From NCBI GenBank assembly GCA_902601545.1, contig CACKNR010000004.1, positions 552 to 64,551 of the forward strand: 64,000 nt of DNA. The letters run 5' to 3'. Of the stretch, positions 50,745 through 60,823 are shown piece after piece. Position 1 is the first letter of the stretch. Every line of letters begins with the position of its first letter. Position numbers and translations under genes: made by a program. A model generated the notes under the pieces. The model was not told the origin of the DNA. It searched no databases and saw only the letters and a list, made by a program, of their open reading frames with translations. Origin of the DNA: an uncultured Pelagibacteraceae bacterium. GTDB taxonomy: Bacteria; Pseudomonadota; Alphaproteobacteria; Pelagibacterales; Pelagibacteraceae.

Positions 50745-51624
50745 CATTTTGCTTGCTCAATATTGCAGCTCCTCGAACACCGCTGGCATCACCAAATTTC
50801 GGTTTCAAAAAAATCGTTTTTAGATTCACATTTTTAATATTATTAAAATTTGATAAATATTTCTCAGTAATTTTTTTAATTTCATCCAAAGACTCAATTT
50901 CATTTGATACTCCACCGCCAAAAACAATTGCATCTGGATCAATTACATTAATAATTAAGGATAAACTTCTTGCTAGTTTTTTTTTAAACTCATCAATTAT
51001 TTCCATTTCATCTTGACTACTATATTTTGCATTTTTAAAAATTTCTTGTGCAGAAAGATTTTTATTAAATTTTGCTGTAAATTTTCTTTCTAAACCTTTG
51101 CCCGAAATATATTCTTCGATGTTAGTTTCACTATCAGGTTTTCCTATGGGTATATGACCCCATTCACCTGTAAATGAATTTGGCCCAACAATTATTTTTT
51201 TATTAATTACTAATCCCCCACCACATCCTGATCCTAAAATTATTCCAAAAACTGTTTTAAAATTTTTTGCAGATCCATCAAAAGCCTCTGATAAAGCAAA
51301 ACAATTTGCATCGTTTTCACAATAGACATTTCTATTTAAACTTTTAGATATATCTTTTGAAAATGTTTGATTATTCAACCATGGAGAGTTAAAAGCATTT
51401 TGAATAAATCCTGTTTCTAAATTTGTTGATCCAGGATGACATATTCCAACATTTAAATTTTTTTTAAATTTCTTTTCAATATTGTTTACTATATTTGTGA
51501 TGTCACTAATTGTTTTCTGATAATTTTTTGGGGACTGTATTCTATCTCTATGTAATTCAAGACCATTTTCTTTAAGAAGTACTGACTCAATTTTAGTTGC
51601 CCCTAAATCAATACCGATTTGCAT
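50737..51624 (-). CDS. ROK family sugar kinase (Mak/fructokinase-like)
   Basis: IDLGATKIE, NDANCFALSE, ILGSGCGGG, GEWGH, SGVRGAA. Confidence 0.9.
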   Translation of the reverse strand: MQIGIDLGATKIESVLLKENGLELHRDRIQSPKNYQKTISDITNIVNNIEKKFKKNLNVGICHPGSTNLETGFIQNAFNSPWLNNQTFSKDISKSLNRNVYCENDANCFALSEAFDGSAKNFKTVFGIILGSGCGGGLVINKKIIVGPNSFTGEWGHIPIGKPDSETNIEEYISGKGLERKFTAKFNKNLSAQEIFKNAKYSSQDEMEIIDEFKKKLARSLSLIINVIDPDAIVFGGGVSNEIESLDEIKKITEKYLSNFNNIKNVNLKTIFLKPKFGDASGVRGAAILSKQNAI

Positions 51625-51625
51625 T

Positions 51626-52414
51626 TTAATTTTTTCTGTTCATCTCTTGAAGTTCAACTTCTAATTTGTTTAATTCCTCACCACCTGCCATCATGCTTAA
51701 TAATTTTTCTCTAGATATATTCTTTTTCTCATAAGTGCCCAAACTTTTGCCTCTATTTAGCACGGTAAAACTATTACCTACTGGATATGCATGATGAACG
51801 TTATGTGTTATTAAAATTACAGCCAACCCTTGAGAAGCAGCTTTGACTATATACTTTAAAACAACTGAAGCTTGATGAACTCCTAAAGCAGAAGTAGGTT
51901 CATCTAAAACAAGAACTTTTGCTCCAAAATATATAGCCCTGCTAATTGCTAAACATTGTCTCTCTCCGCCTGACATTGTACCAACTGCTTGAGATGGATC
52001 CCTAACATCAATACCTATTTGCCCCATTCTCTCAGCAGCTATCTTATTTGCTTTTTCTATATCAAACGTTTTGAAAAATGGTGGGCCTTTCATGGGTTCT
52101 CTGCCCATAAAAAAGTTTCTTGTTACACTCATTAAAGATACTAAGGCTAAATCTTGATATACAGTTGCTATTCCCATATCCAATGCATCTTTGGGACTAT
52201 CAAATATAGTTTTTTTTCCCTCAACAATAATTTCACCTTCATCAGGTCTGTGGACTCCAGCTAATGTTTTAATTAAGGTTGATTTTCCTGCACCATTGTC
52301 ACCAAGTAGGCACATGATTTCACCTTTTTTAAGTTTCATAGTTACATCTTTCAAGGCTATAACTTTTCCAAAAAATTTACTTATATTATTAAATTGAACT
52401 AAATAGTTAGGCAT
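51626..52414 (-). CDS. Sugar/inositol ABC transporter ATP-binding protein
   Basis: [21 protein letters not shown]. Confidence 0.93.
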   Translation of the reverse strand: MPNYLVQFNNISKFFGKVIALKDVTMKLKKGEIMCLLGDNGAGKSTLIKTLAGVHRPDEGEIIVEGKKTIFDSPKDALDMGIATVYQDLALVSLMSVTRNFFMGREPMKGPPFFKTFDIEKANKIAAERMGQIGIDVRDPSQAVGTMSGGERQCLAISRAIYFGAKVLVLDEPTSALGVHQASVVLKYIVKAASQGLAVILITHNVHHAYPVGNSFTVLNRGKSLGTYEKKNISREKLLSMMAGGEELNKLEVELQEMNRKN

Positions 52415-53541
52415 TATTTGCTCTCTGTTACCTTTCTTCTTATATAATTATTAAAGATCACCGCAATCAACATCATTGCTCCTAAAAAAACTTTAAACCA
52501 ATCTGTATCCACATCGGTATAAAATATCCCCATTGACACTGTCCCAAAAATCAAAGCTCCAAATGCTGCACCTATTGCTGAACCATAACCGCCAGTTAAT
52601 AAACAGCCTCCAACAACTGCGGCTGCAATAGCTTCTAATTCCTTTAAGGTTCCACGCATTGTATCAGCTGAACCAGCGTCTAAAACTTGAATTGTAGCAA
52701 AAATAGTTGCTGCTACTGCAGTACCTATAAATAAGCTTATTTTTACTCTACCAACTGGCACTCCAACATTGTTAGCACCATTTTTATCTCCTCCAGATGC
52801 AAATATCCAATTTCCGTATCTTGTTTTCATTAATATCCATGTTGTAATGATTGCTAAAGCTATGAACCATATTACAGATGGCGGTATTCCTGTTGCGAGT
52901 GGAGTTCCATCAGTTCTTAATGCAATTAGATTCATCGAACCTAACCAAGTAAAAACCCATTTAAAGGTATCAGTTGCAAATATCCATGCTAATGGATCAT
53001 CCTCAATTAAAACTCTTAAACCTGGAACTTGAGTTCGACCAGTAATCAATCTTGTTAATGCTAAGGTTGCTCCTCTTAAGATAAAAAGCATTGCAAGAGT
53101 AACTATGAATGATGGTAAACCCGTTCTAACTACTAGAATTCCATTGAAATAACCAACAAGCACAGCCATTGAAAATGCAAAGATTATGCTCATCCATAAA
53201 GGCCACCCCCAATAAATCGCAGGTATTGCAATACAAATACCAGCAAATCCTATCATTGACCCTATTGATAAATCAAACTCTCCACCTATCATCAACATTG
53301 CTGCAGCAATTGCTATAATCCCTAAATTCGCAGAAACATCTAAGAAATTTAAAACTCCATAAGCGCTAAACATTCCTGTGTCGCCGGCTACTATACCAAA
53401 AAATATAAATACTAGTATTGCTCCTCCTAAAGCACCAAGTTCAGGTCTATTTAATAAAATTCTTAATTTAGAAACTTTTTTGAGTCTTTCATCCTGATTG
53501 AAATCAGTTTTTGTTTCAATACTTTTAGATTTTGTAGACAT
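52414..53541 (-). CDS. Sugar/inositol ABC transporter permease
   Basis: [30 protein letters not shown]. Confidence 0.93.
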   Translation of the reverse strand: MSTKSKSIETKTDFNQDERLKKVSKLRILLNRPELGALGGAILVFIFFGIVAGDTGMFSAYGVLNFLDVSANLGIIAIAAAMLMIGGEFDLSIGSMIGFAGICIAIPAIYWGWPLWMSIIFAFSMAVLVGYFNGILVVRTGLPSFIVTLAMLFILRGATLALTRLITGRTQVPGLRVLIEDDPLAWIFATDTFKWVFTWLGSMNLIALRTDGTPLATGIPPSVIWFIALAIITTWILMKTRYGNWIFASGGDKNGANNVGVPVGRVKISLFIGTAVAATIFATIQVLDAGSADTMRGTLKELEAIAAAVVGGCLLTGGYGSAIGAAFGALIFGTVSMGIFYTDVDTDWFKVFLGAMMLIAVIFNNYIRRKVTESK

Positions 53542-53553
53542 ATAAAAAAACTT

Positions 53554-53591
53554 AAAAAAAAAGGCCTAGTGATAATTCACTAGGCCTTTTT
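53554..53591 (-). terminator. Intrinsic terminator / stabilising hairpin after the binding-protein gene
   Basis: Stem GGCCTAGTGA-TAAT-TCACTAGGCC followed by T9 on the minus strand. Confidence 0.85.
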
Positions 53592-53601
53592 AATATTTTT
53601 C

Positions 53602-54525
53602 TTATCTATAACCTTGAGCTGCCCATTTAATTACGTCCTTAGCATTGTTAGGAGTAACGAAACCAGGTCCAGTCATAACAACACCAGCTGGCATTGTTCC
53701 ATATCTCATATATTGAGAAAAGATAGCTATAGGTAAATAACCTTGTAAATACTGTTGTTGATCAATTAAGAACTCAACTTTTCCAGCAGCAGCAGCTTTT
53801 AGCATACCTGGCGACATATCGAATGTACCAAGTTTTACGCTTCCAACTTTACCAGCAGATTCTAATGCTTTTAAAGCAGCTTCTCCCGCAAGACCAGCTC
53901 CTAAAGTAAGAATAGTGTCATATCCACCACCTAATTTAGCAGCTACAGCTTTTTGAATTTCAGTCGGATCATTTGATGTACCTAATATATCTACAGATCC
54001 ACCAAAGCCTTTTTTGAAACCAGCACATCTTCTATCTAAAGCAACGTTACCTACTTCGTGGTTAACACATAGTGCTTTTTTACCACCTGCAGCTTTCATT
54101 TTTTGTCCACCGCCTACACCAGCTTCAAACTCTGTTTGACCTACGTGGGCACTAATGCCTAGTTTCATGTAGTCGTCTGAACCTGAATTCATAGAGATTA
54201 CTGGGATACCTGCAGATATTGCAGCTTTAACAGATTTACCTAAAGCGGCAGCATCTGGAAGAGTTATTACAATACCTTTTGGTTTTTGAGAAACAGCATT
54301 GTCAATTAGTTTTGCCATTTCGACCATGTCGAATGTTGCTGGGGCTGTGTATTTGCAAGATACTTTCATATCCTTACAAGCTTTATCAACTCCATTTTTT
54401 GCAACAGACCAGAAAGGGTCATTTGCTTGTCCGTGAGATACAACAATAATATCAACTGCTAAAGCAGCTACTGACATCATTACCCAGCTCATCAGAGCAG
54501 CAATTGTTAAGTATATTTTTTTCAT
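53602..54525 (-). CDS. Sugar/inositol ABC transporter substrate-binding protein
   Basis: Signal peptide MKKIYL..; SHGQANDPFWSV, DQQQYLQGYL; GAGGGA RBS before ATG 54525. Confidence 0.92.
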   Translation of the reverse strand: MKKIYLTIAALMSWVMMSVAALAVDIIVVSHGQANDPFWSVAKNGVDKACKDMKVSCKYTAPATFDMVEMAKLIDNAVSQKPKGIVITLPDAAALGKSVKAAISAGIPVISMNSGSDDYMKLGISAHVGQTEFEAGVGGGQKMKAAGGKKALCVNHEVGNVALDRRCAGFKKGFGGSVDILGTSNDPTEIQKAVAAKLGGGYDTILTLGAGLAGEAALKALESAGKVGSVKLGTFDMSPGMLKAAAAGKVEFLIDQQQYLQGYLPIAIFSQYMRYGTMPAGVVMTGPGFVTPNNAKDVIKWAAQGYR

Positions 54526-54626
54526 GATTATTTCCCTCATTTGTTTGTTAAAACTGCGCAATTAAAACAAAAAATTTATTAAAATTCAAAAGGAAAAAAA
54601 ATACATACAACTGGAGGTAGTTATAA

Positions 54627-55622
54627 TTACTTTAATTTTACTACCTTTTTTTGCTTTAGAGATTGATATGCAGCATTAGCAATTTTTAAAGCTAAATAAC
54701 CATCTTTAAAAGTTGATCTAGGTTTAATTCTATTTTTATGAAGAGAAATCAATTCATTCAATTGTAAATTATAAGCTTCTTTGTATCGTTCAATAAAAAA
54801 ATTTAATAGGGGCTTTTGTGAATGGGAGTGATTTGAATTAAATATCTCTGTGGCCGCACTCTTTTGATTGCCCGATAAAAGCATTCCTTTTTTACCGAAT
54901 AATTCAACCCTTTGATCGTATCCAAAAGAGCAATGTCTAGAATTTGTGATAACACATATAACACCTTTTTTTGATTTCATGGTTACCGTGGCTAATTCAT
55001 GATCTTTAATCTTTTTATAAAAATTCTCAAATGAACTTACAGATGAACTTATTTCAGAAATTTCATCTTTATTCAAATAATACCTACATAAATCAAAATC
55101 ATGAATCATCATGTCCCTGAAAATACCCCCAGAAGATTTAAGATAAGTCTTTGAAGGTGGTTCTGGATCTCTACTTGTGATTATTATTTTTTCCAATCTT
55201 CCTATTTTACCTTTATCTAAATCTTTTTTGATTGAGTGATGACCAGGATCAAATCTACGATTAAATCCCATCTGTATTTTCGAATTATTTTTTTTAACCT
55301 TTTTAAAAGTTTTAACAATTTTATTTATATTTAAGTCTAAAGGCTTTTCACAAAAAATAGTTTTATCGTATTTGATACCTTCTTCGATAAATTTAATATG
55401 AGTGTTTGTAGGGCTAGAAATAAAAATAATATCTACTCTTTTATCTGAAAAAATTTTTTTATAATTTTTTTCAATTTTACAATTATAAAGGTTTTTAGCT
55501 TTTTTTCTTAATTTATCAATCTTTTCATATACATACAGCAGATTAAGCGTTTTATTTAGATATATATTTTGAGCATGCATCTGTCCAATTCTACCAAAAC
55601 CCAAAAGAGCTACATTGATCAT
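54627..55622 (-). CDS. iolG: Inositol 2-dehydrogenase
   Basis: GFGRIGQMH, CEKP, GFNRRFDP, ITSRDP, DMMIHDFD, GYDQRVE. Confidence 0.92.
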   Translation of the reverse strand: MINVALLGFGRIGQMHAQNIYLNKTLNLLYVYEKIDKLRKKAKNLYNCKIEKNYKKIFSDKRVDIIFISSPTNTHIKFIEEGIKYDKTIFCEKPLDLNINKIVKTFKKVKKNNSKIQMGFNRRFDPGHHSIKKDLDKGKIGRLEKIIITSRDPEPPSKTYLKSSGGIFRDMMIHDFDLCRYYLNKDEISEISSSVSSFENFYKKIKDHELATVTMKSKKGVICVITNSRHCSFGYDQRVELFGKKGMLLSGNQKSAATEIFNSNHSHSQKPLLNFFIERYKEAYNLQLNELISLHKNRIKPRSTFKDGYLALKIANAAYQSLKQKKVVKLK

Positions 55623-55679
55623 AAATTCTTTTGTAACTTAATTATTTATAATATAAAATGATATTATTTTCTTAAAACT

Positions 55680-56579
55680 ATGTCGATAAGGTTAGGAATA
55701 GCACCCATTGCATGGAGTAACGATGATATGCCTGAATTAGGTGGCAAAACTCCATTGGAACAATGTTTAAAAGAAGCAAGTATGGCAGGTTTTACAGGAA
55801 TTGAGTCTGGTGGAAAATTTCCAATGAATTCGGAAGAACTTATTCCAAAACTTAAAAAGGAGAACCTTAAATTATGTTCAGGTTGGTATGGTGCTCAATT
55901 ATTGAAAAGGTCACCTAAAGAAGAATTTAAACTTATGCAGAAACAACTTAAATTATTCAAAGATTGTGAGGCTCCTTGCATGGTTTTTGCTGAGGTAACT
56001 GACTCTGTCCAAGGAGATCCTATAACACCATTATCAAAAAGGCCTAAATTAAATAAAGATGATTGGAATAAATTTATTAATTCAATAAATGAAATTAGTA
56101 AAATGATGATAGATGAAAATATGCCTTTAGCATATCATCATCACATGGGAACTATAATAGAAACCGAGGAAGATACTTCTAGACTTATAGAAAATACAAA
56201 AGATACTGTTAAATTATTAGTAGATACCGGTCATATGTTGTTTGCGCAAGGCGACTCTATTAAATTAGTAGAAAATTTTTACGAACGTATAATACATGTA
56301 CATTGTAAAGATATTAGAAAAGATATTTTAGAAAAATCACTAAGAAATGATGCAACATTTAGACAAGCATTTTTAGATGGAGCATTTACTGTGCCAGGGG
56401 ATGGATGCATTGACTATGTTCCTTTCTTAAATGCTTTAAAGAAAAAAAATTATTCAGGATGGCTTGTGGTAGAAGCCGAGCAAGATCCAGCTAAGGCAAA
56501 TCCGTTTGAATATGCAAAAATTGGTTTCAATTATTTAAGCAAAACTGCAAAACAATGTGGATTTGAAATTATTAACTAA
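55680..56579 (+). CDS. iolE: Myo-inosose-2 dehydratase
   Basis: GIAPIAWSNDDMPELGG, YHHHMGT, DTGH, VVEAEQDP. Confidence 0.95.
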   Translation: MSIRLGIAPIAWSNDDMPELGGKTPLEQCLKEASMAGFTGIESGGKFPMNSEELIPKLKKENLKLCSGWYGAQLLKRSPKEEFKLMQKQLKLFKDCEAPCMVFAEVTDSVQGDPITPLSKRPKLNKDDWNKFINSINEISKMMIDENMPLAYHHHMGTIIETEEDTSRLIENTKDTVKLLVDTGHMLFAQGDSIKLVENFYERIIHVHCKDIRKDILEKSLRNDATFRQAFLDGAFTVPGDGCIDYVPFLNALKKKNYSGWLVVEAEQDPAKANPFEYAKIGFNYLSKTAKQCGFEIIN

Positions 56580-57085
56580 CGGTAAACAGAAACTAATTCA
56601 TTATTACCAGCAGCTACACAAGGTGACTTCACGCAAGTACCAACAACCCATTCAGAGCCAGCCTCTGACTCGAAATTATTTGAAGAAACAAAAATTATAC
56701 CTTTGTCTGTAGATTGACCTGCTTTACCTTCAGCTTGAATTCTAGGGTCTTGAGAAGTTTGTATTAAAGGCTTATTTATTGAATACGGGTTTTTTAGATC
56801 AATATTAGATAACACATAACTTACAATTTTTTCTGAAGTCCAAACAGAATTACATTTCTCACCCCACGATGTTAAACTTTCTTCATTTGAGCTACAGCTA
56901 TTTACTTCATCATTAAGAAAATCGACGACTAATTTATGATTGGATTTTATATCATTTGCTTTTTGTAAAACTTCTGATCTAGTTGAGACTGTCCATAATA
57001 ACATTGCAACCACATATGTAATAGAACTTAACACTAAAAATTCTAATGGACCAAAATTTTTTAATTTCCTCTTTATATCTATCAT
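56576..57085 (-). CDS. Hypothetical membrane-anchored protein, divergent pilin-like
   Basis: KLKN-FGPLEFLVL hydrophobic N-terminus; four Cys; KSNH..VV and NPY patterns. Confidence 0.55.
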   Translation of the reverse strand: MIDIKRKLKNFGPLEFLVLSSITYVVAMLLWTVSTRSEVLQKANDIKSNHKLVVDFLNDEVNSCSSNEESLTSWGEKCNSVWTSEKIVSYVLSNIDLKNPYSINKPLIQTSQDPRIQAEGKAGQSTDKGIIFVSSNNFESEAGSEWVVGTCVKSPCVAAGNNELVSVYR

Positions 57086-58038
57086 AATTTTACAATCATA
57101 GATTTATCAATTTTATTTTCAAAAAAATCAATAATGTTTTTAGTTGTCTCTATAGCCATCCTTGATGTGCATTCATCAGTAAATGTTGCTGAATGTGGAC
57201 TTAATAAAACTTTGTTATTTTTTAATAAGGGATTATCTAAATTGATAGGCTCGTTTATAAACACATCTAATGCAGCACCCAAAATTAGATTTTCATTTAA
57301 TGCTTTATCTAGATCAATTTCATTAATAATACCTCCCCTTGCAGTATTTACTATAAAAGCATTTTTTTTCATTTCTTTTAAAATTGAATAATTTATTAAA
57401 TCTTTTGTTTCATTTGTTAATGGCATATGTAAAGACACAAAATCTGCAATCTTTAAGCCCTCGCTTATTGACTTTACTTTTATACCTCCAAAATCTTTTA
57501 TAATTTTATCTTCAACGTATGGATCATATACATAAACTTTAGTATCAAAAGCTAAACATCTTGTGATCAATTTTTTTCCGATTCTTCCAAAGCCTGCTAT
57601 TAGAATGTTTTTGTTAAAGAGTTCTAAAGTTTTTATTTTATTTGCATTTTTCTTAAAATCACCATTACGTACCTCTTTATCATAAGTTGATACAGATTTA
57701 GACAAAGATAAAAACATTGCGATAACATGTTCAGCAACTGCTACTGCGTTAGCTGTAGCCGTTACTAATAAGGAAATTTTTTTTTCTTTTAAAAACTTTA
57801 TATCAACATTATCATATCCAACACCATGCCTTGATATAGCCTTTAGTTTCTTACAATGTTTCAAAATCTTCTCATCTAATTTTGATACTCTCAATGTACA
57901 AGCATCAAATTTTGGTAGTTTTTCTAATAAGTTTTTTTCTGAAACATCTTCAATTAATTCATACTCAAAACTAGGATGATTTTTTAATAGATCGATACCA
58001 TCTTTATGAATATTTTCTATGATAGCAATTTTATACAT
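57082..58038 (-). CDS. D-isomer 2-hydroxyacid dehydrogenase (SerA-like, no ACT domain)
   Basis: RHGVGYDN, GFGRIG, NTARG, ALDVF, SPHSA; true start ATG 58038. Confidence 0.9.
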   Translation of the reverse strand: MYKIAIIENIHKDGIDLLKNHPSFEYELIEDVSEKNLLEKLPKFDACTLRVSKLDEKILKHCKKLKAISRHGVGYDNVDIKFLKEKKISLLVTATANAVAVAEHVIAMFLSLSKSVSTYDKEVRNGDFKKNANKIKTLELFNKNILIAGFGRIGKKLITRCLAFDTKVYVYDPYVEDKIIKDFGGIKVKSISEGLKIADFVSLHMPLTNETKDLINYSILKEMKKNAFIVNTARGGIINEIDLDKALNENLILGAALDVFINEPINLDNPLLKNNKVLLSPHSATFTDECTSRMAIETTKNIIDFFENKIDKSMIVKL

Positions 58039-58044
58039 AAAATT

Positions 58045-58119
58045 TGGCGGTCCCAAGGGGAATCGAACCCCTCTTTGTTGGATGAAAACCAACTGTCCTA
58101 ACCGATAGACGATGGGACC
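58045..58119 (-). tRNA. tRNA-Glu(UUC)
   Basis: 75 nt; anticodon arm GTTGG-TTTTCAT-CCAAC; GGTTCGAT T-loop; encoded CCA. Confidence 0.96.
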
Positions 58120-59885
58120 GTTTTTTTGATTGTCTTATTAACAGAAATATCGTCGATAATAAACTCCACATTTGATTGCCCTTGCCACTCATTTAAGGAT
58201 AATTTACCAGCAATATTAAATAATTTTTTATCTTTTTTAAGCAAATAAGCTCCAATTTCATTTTCGACGCAGTTAAATGCTATAGATTTGATACTAGATC
58301 CATCCAATCCAACTAAAACTGATTTTATGTGTTTATCCTTTATAATCTTATAATTTATAGATTTCATATTTTCTAAAACAAACTTTGGCTCTGGGTTTCC
58401 TGAACCGAAAGGAGCAAGTGAATTAACCTTATTATAAAATTGAAGATTCAATGCAGTCGGGGCTATTATACTATCTAAATATAAAGTTTTTATATTCATT
58501 TTGCTATTACTTAATCTCTCAAATTTTTTTAAGATAAATTTTTTAAATTTTTCAACATTTTCATTTTTTATTGTAAACCCTCCAGCCATTTTATGTCCCC
58601 CACCTTTAATTAAGATTTTTTCTTGAACAGCGGCAATAATTACTGATCCAATATCAAAACCTACAATAGATCTAGCTGATGCTTTTCCTATACCATTATT
58701 GTCTATAGATATAATTATTACCGGTTTATTAAATTTATCTTTAATTCTAGATGCAACTATTCCAATCACACCCTCATGCCAATTTTTTCCAAAAATAACC
58801 ATTACTGATTCATGTGTTTTATCTTCTAAATTCTTTAAAATTTTGTCCATTAGGTCTTTTTCTAAAATTTGCCTCTCTTTATTAAAATGATCTAATTCGG
58901 TTGCAATTTTGAATACATCTTTAGGATTATTACTAATTAATAAATTTGCTCCATGAGAAGACTTTCCTACTCTACCTCCAGCATTAATTCTTGGACCTAG
59001 TTGATACCCAATATGATAAACATTTGGTTTAGTTTGGATATCACAAATATCAAATAATGTTTTAATTCCAAGATTTTTTTTTGATTTTAAAATTTTTAAT
59101 CCTTGTGAGACAATTGCTCTATTTAGACCAACTAAAGGAACAACGTCACAAACTGTTCCTAGAGCTACTAAATCTAAGTATTCAAGCAAATTCGGCTCTG
59201 AAATTTTTGATTTGATAAACCAATCATTTGATCTAAGTTTTTTATTTAAGGAAATTAAAAACATAAATGTAACTCCAGCAGCGCATAAGTATTTTAAATC
59301 AGATTTATCATCTAGCCTATTTGGATTTACTATAGAGTGAGCTTTAGGCAAATTTATTTCTGATTGATGGTGATCAAGAACAATTACGTCAATGTCATTA
59401 TTAGATGCGTAATCTATTGCATCGAATGATAGTGTCCCACAATCAACAGTGAAAATCAATTTAGTACCGTTATCTATTAATTTTTTAAAAGACTCAGCAG
59501 AAGGTCCGTAGCCTTCTTTTTTTCTATCTGGTATATAAATTTCGTAAGGTACATTTATTGAGTTAAAAAAATTTGCAAGTAATGCTGTTGCTGAAGCTCC
59601 ATCAACATCATAATCACCAAAAATGCCAATTTTATGTTTTTGAGAAATTGCTTGTATTGTTCTTTTTGCTGATTTTTGCATATCCTTTAAAATCTCAGGA
59701 TTGGGCAAGAAGTTCTTTATAGACGGATTTAAAAAAGTTTGAACGTCTTCTTTTTTTATGTTTCTGATTGATAAAAGTTTTGATGTTAGTTCATCTAATG
59801 AATAATTTTCTTTGTAAAATATAACATCTTGTTCATTGTATTTCTTAAAAATCCAGTTTTTGTTACTTACTGAATTTGAAATCAT
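58098..59885 (-). CDS. recJ: ssDNA exonuclease RecJ
   Basis: GDYDVDG, EGYG, TVDCG, DHH, PRINAGGR, GGGHKMAGG. Confidence 0.97.
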   Translation of the reverse strand: MISNSVSNKNWIFKKYNEQDVIFYKENYSLDELTSKLLSIRNIKKEDVQTFLNPSIKNFLPNPEILKDMQKSAKRTIQAISQKHKIGIFGDYDVDGASATALLANFFNSINVPYEIYIPDRKKEGYGPSAESFKKLIDNGTKLIFTVDCGTLSFDAIDYASNNDIDVIVLDHHQSEINLPKAHSIVNPNRLDDKSDLKYLCAAGVTFMFLISLNKKLRSNDWFIKSKISEPNLLEYLDLVALGTVCDVVPLVGLNRAIVSQGLKILKSKKNLGIKTLFDICDIQTKPNVYHIGYQLGPRINAGGRVGKSSHGANLLISNNPKDVFKIATELDHFNKERQILEKDLMDKILKNLEDKTHESVMVIFGKNWHEGVIGIVASRIKDKFNKPVIIISIDNNGIGKASARSIVGFDIGSVIIAAVQEKILIKGGGHKMAGGFTIKNENVEKFKKFILKKFERLSNSKMNIKTLYLDSIIAPTALNLQFYNKVNSLAPFGSGNPEPKFVLENMKSINYKIIKDKHIKSVLVGLDGSSIKSIAFNCVENEIGAYLLKKDKKLFNIAGKLSLNEWQGQSNVEFIIDDISVNKTIKKTVPSSIG

Positions 59886-60823
59886 TTATTGTATATATTT
59901 CTAATTATTTTGTTAATCTTTTTACTTTTATGCAATGCAAAAGTTGTAACCTCAAATTCATTTCCGAGGTCCTTTACTCCCTTAGTTAAATCTCCATCTG
60001 TTACACCAGTAGCACAAAATATAACATCTCCTTTTACCATATCTTCGATATTATATTTCTTTTTAAAATCAGATATCCCAAGTTTTTTTGCCCTAATCTT
60101 TTCTTCTTCATTTAAAACTAAACGACCTTGGATTTGACCTCCAAAGCAAGATAGCGCTGATGCTGCTAAAACTCCTTCTGGGCCTCCACCTGTGCTGTAG
60201 TAAATATCATTTTTAGGTTTGTCTCCTATTACACTCAAAACACCAGCTATATCACCATCTGTTATAAAATTTATAGTTACCCCTAGCTTGTTCATTACAT
60301 CAACGATTTCATCATGTCTTGGTCTTTTCATTACACATGCATTTATTTCTGTTACCTTTTTCTTTTTTGCTTCAGCTAGTATTTGAATATTTTTTTCTAC
60401 TCCATTATCAATATCTATTAAATTTTTAGGTAAATTTGATCCTATTGCTATTTTTTCCATGTAAGTGTCAGGAGCTGATAATAAATCACCTTTTTTTGCA
60501 ACTGCTATAACAGAGAAAGCGTTAGGTTGATTGTTAGCTGTGAATTTTGTTCCCTCCAATGGATCCACTGCTATGTCAAATTTAGGTCCATTTAACGTTC
60601 CTAATCTTTCGCCAATGTACAACATGGGAGCCTCATCCATTTCCCCTTCCCCGATAACTATTGTTCCTTCCATATTAATTTTGTTTAACTCTCTTCTCAT
60701 TGGATCAACAGCACCTTTATCAGCAGCAATTTTATCATTTTTACCTATAAACCTTGAGGCTCCAATTGCTGCCTTTTCGGTGGCTTTAATGAATAGATTT
60801 AAAAATTTTTGATCTATTGACAT
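59882..60823 (-). CDS. glpX: Class II fructose-1,6-bisphosphatase
   Basis: IGEGEMDEAPML, DIAVDPLEGT, GGGPEGVL, ATGVTDG. Confidence 0.96.
   Translation of the reverse strand: MSIDQKFLNLFIKATEKAAIGASRFIGKNDKIAADKGAVDPMRRELNKINMEGTIVIGEGEMDEAPMLYIGERLGTLNGPKFDIAVDPLEGTKFTANNQPNAFSVIAVAKKGDLLSAPDTYMEKIAIGSNLPKNLIDIDNGVEKNIQILAEAKKKKVTEINACVMKRPRHDEIVDVMNKLGVTINFITDGDIAGVLSVIGDKPKNDIYYSTGGGPEGVLAASALSCFGGQIQGRLVLNEEEKIRAKKLGISDFKKKYNIEDMVKGDVIFCATGVTDGDLTKGVKDLGNEFEVTTFALHKSKKINKIIRNIYNK

Noticed and set aside
58039-58092. N-terminal extension of the hydroxyacid dehydrogenase in the ORF track
   Set aside because: It is a translation of tRNA-Glu; the real start is ATG 58038
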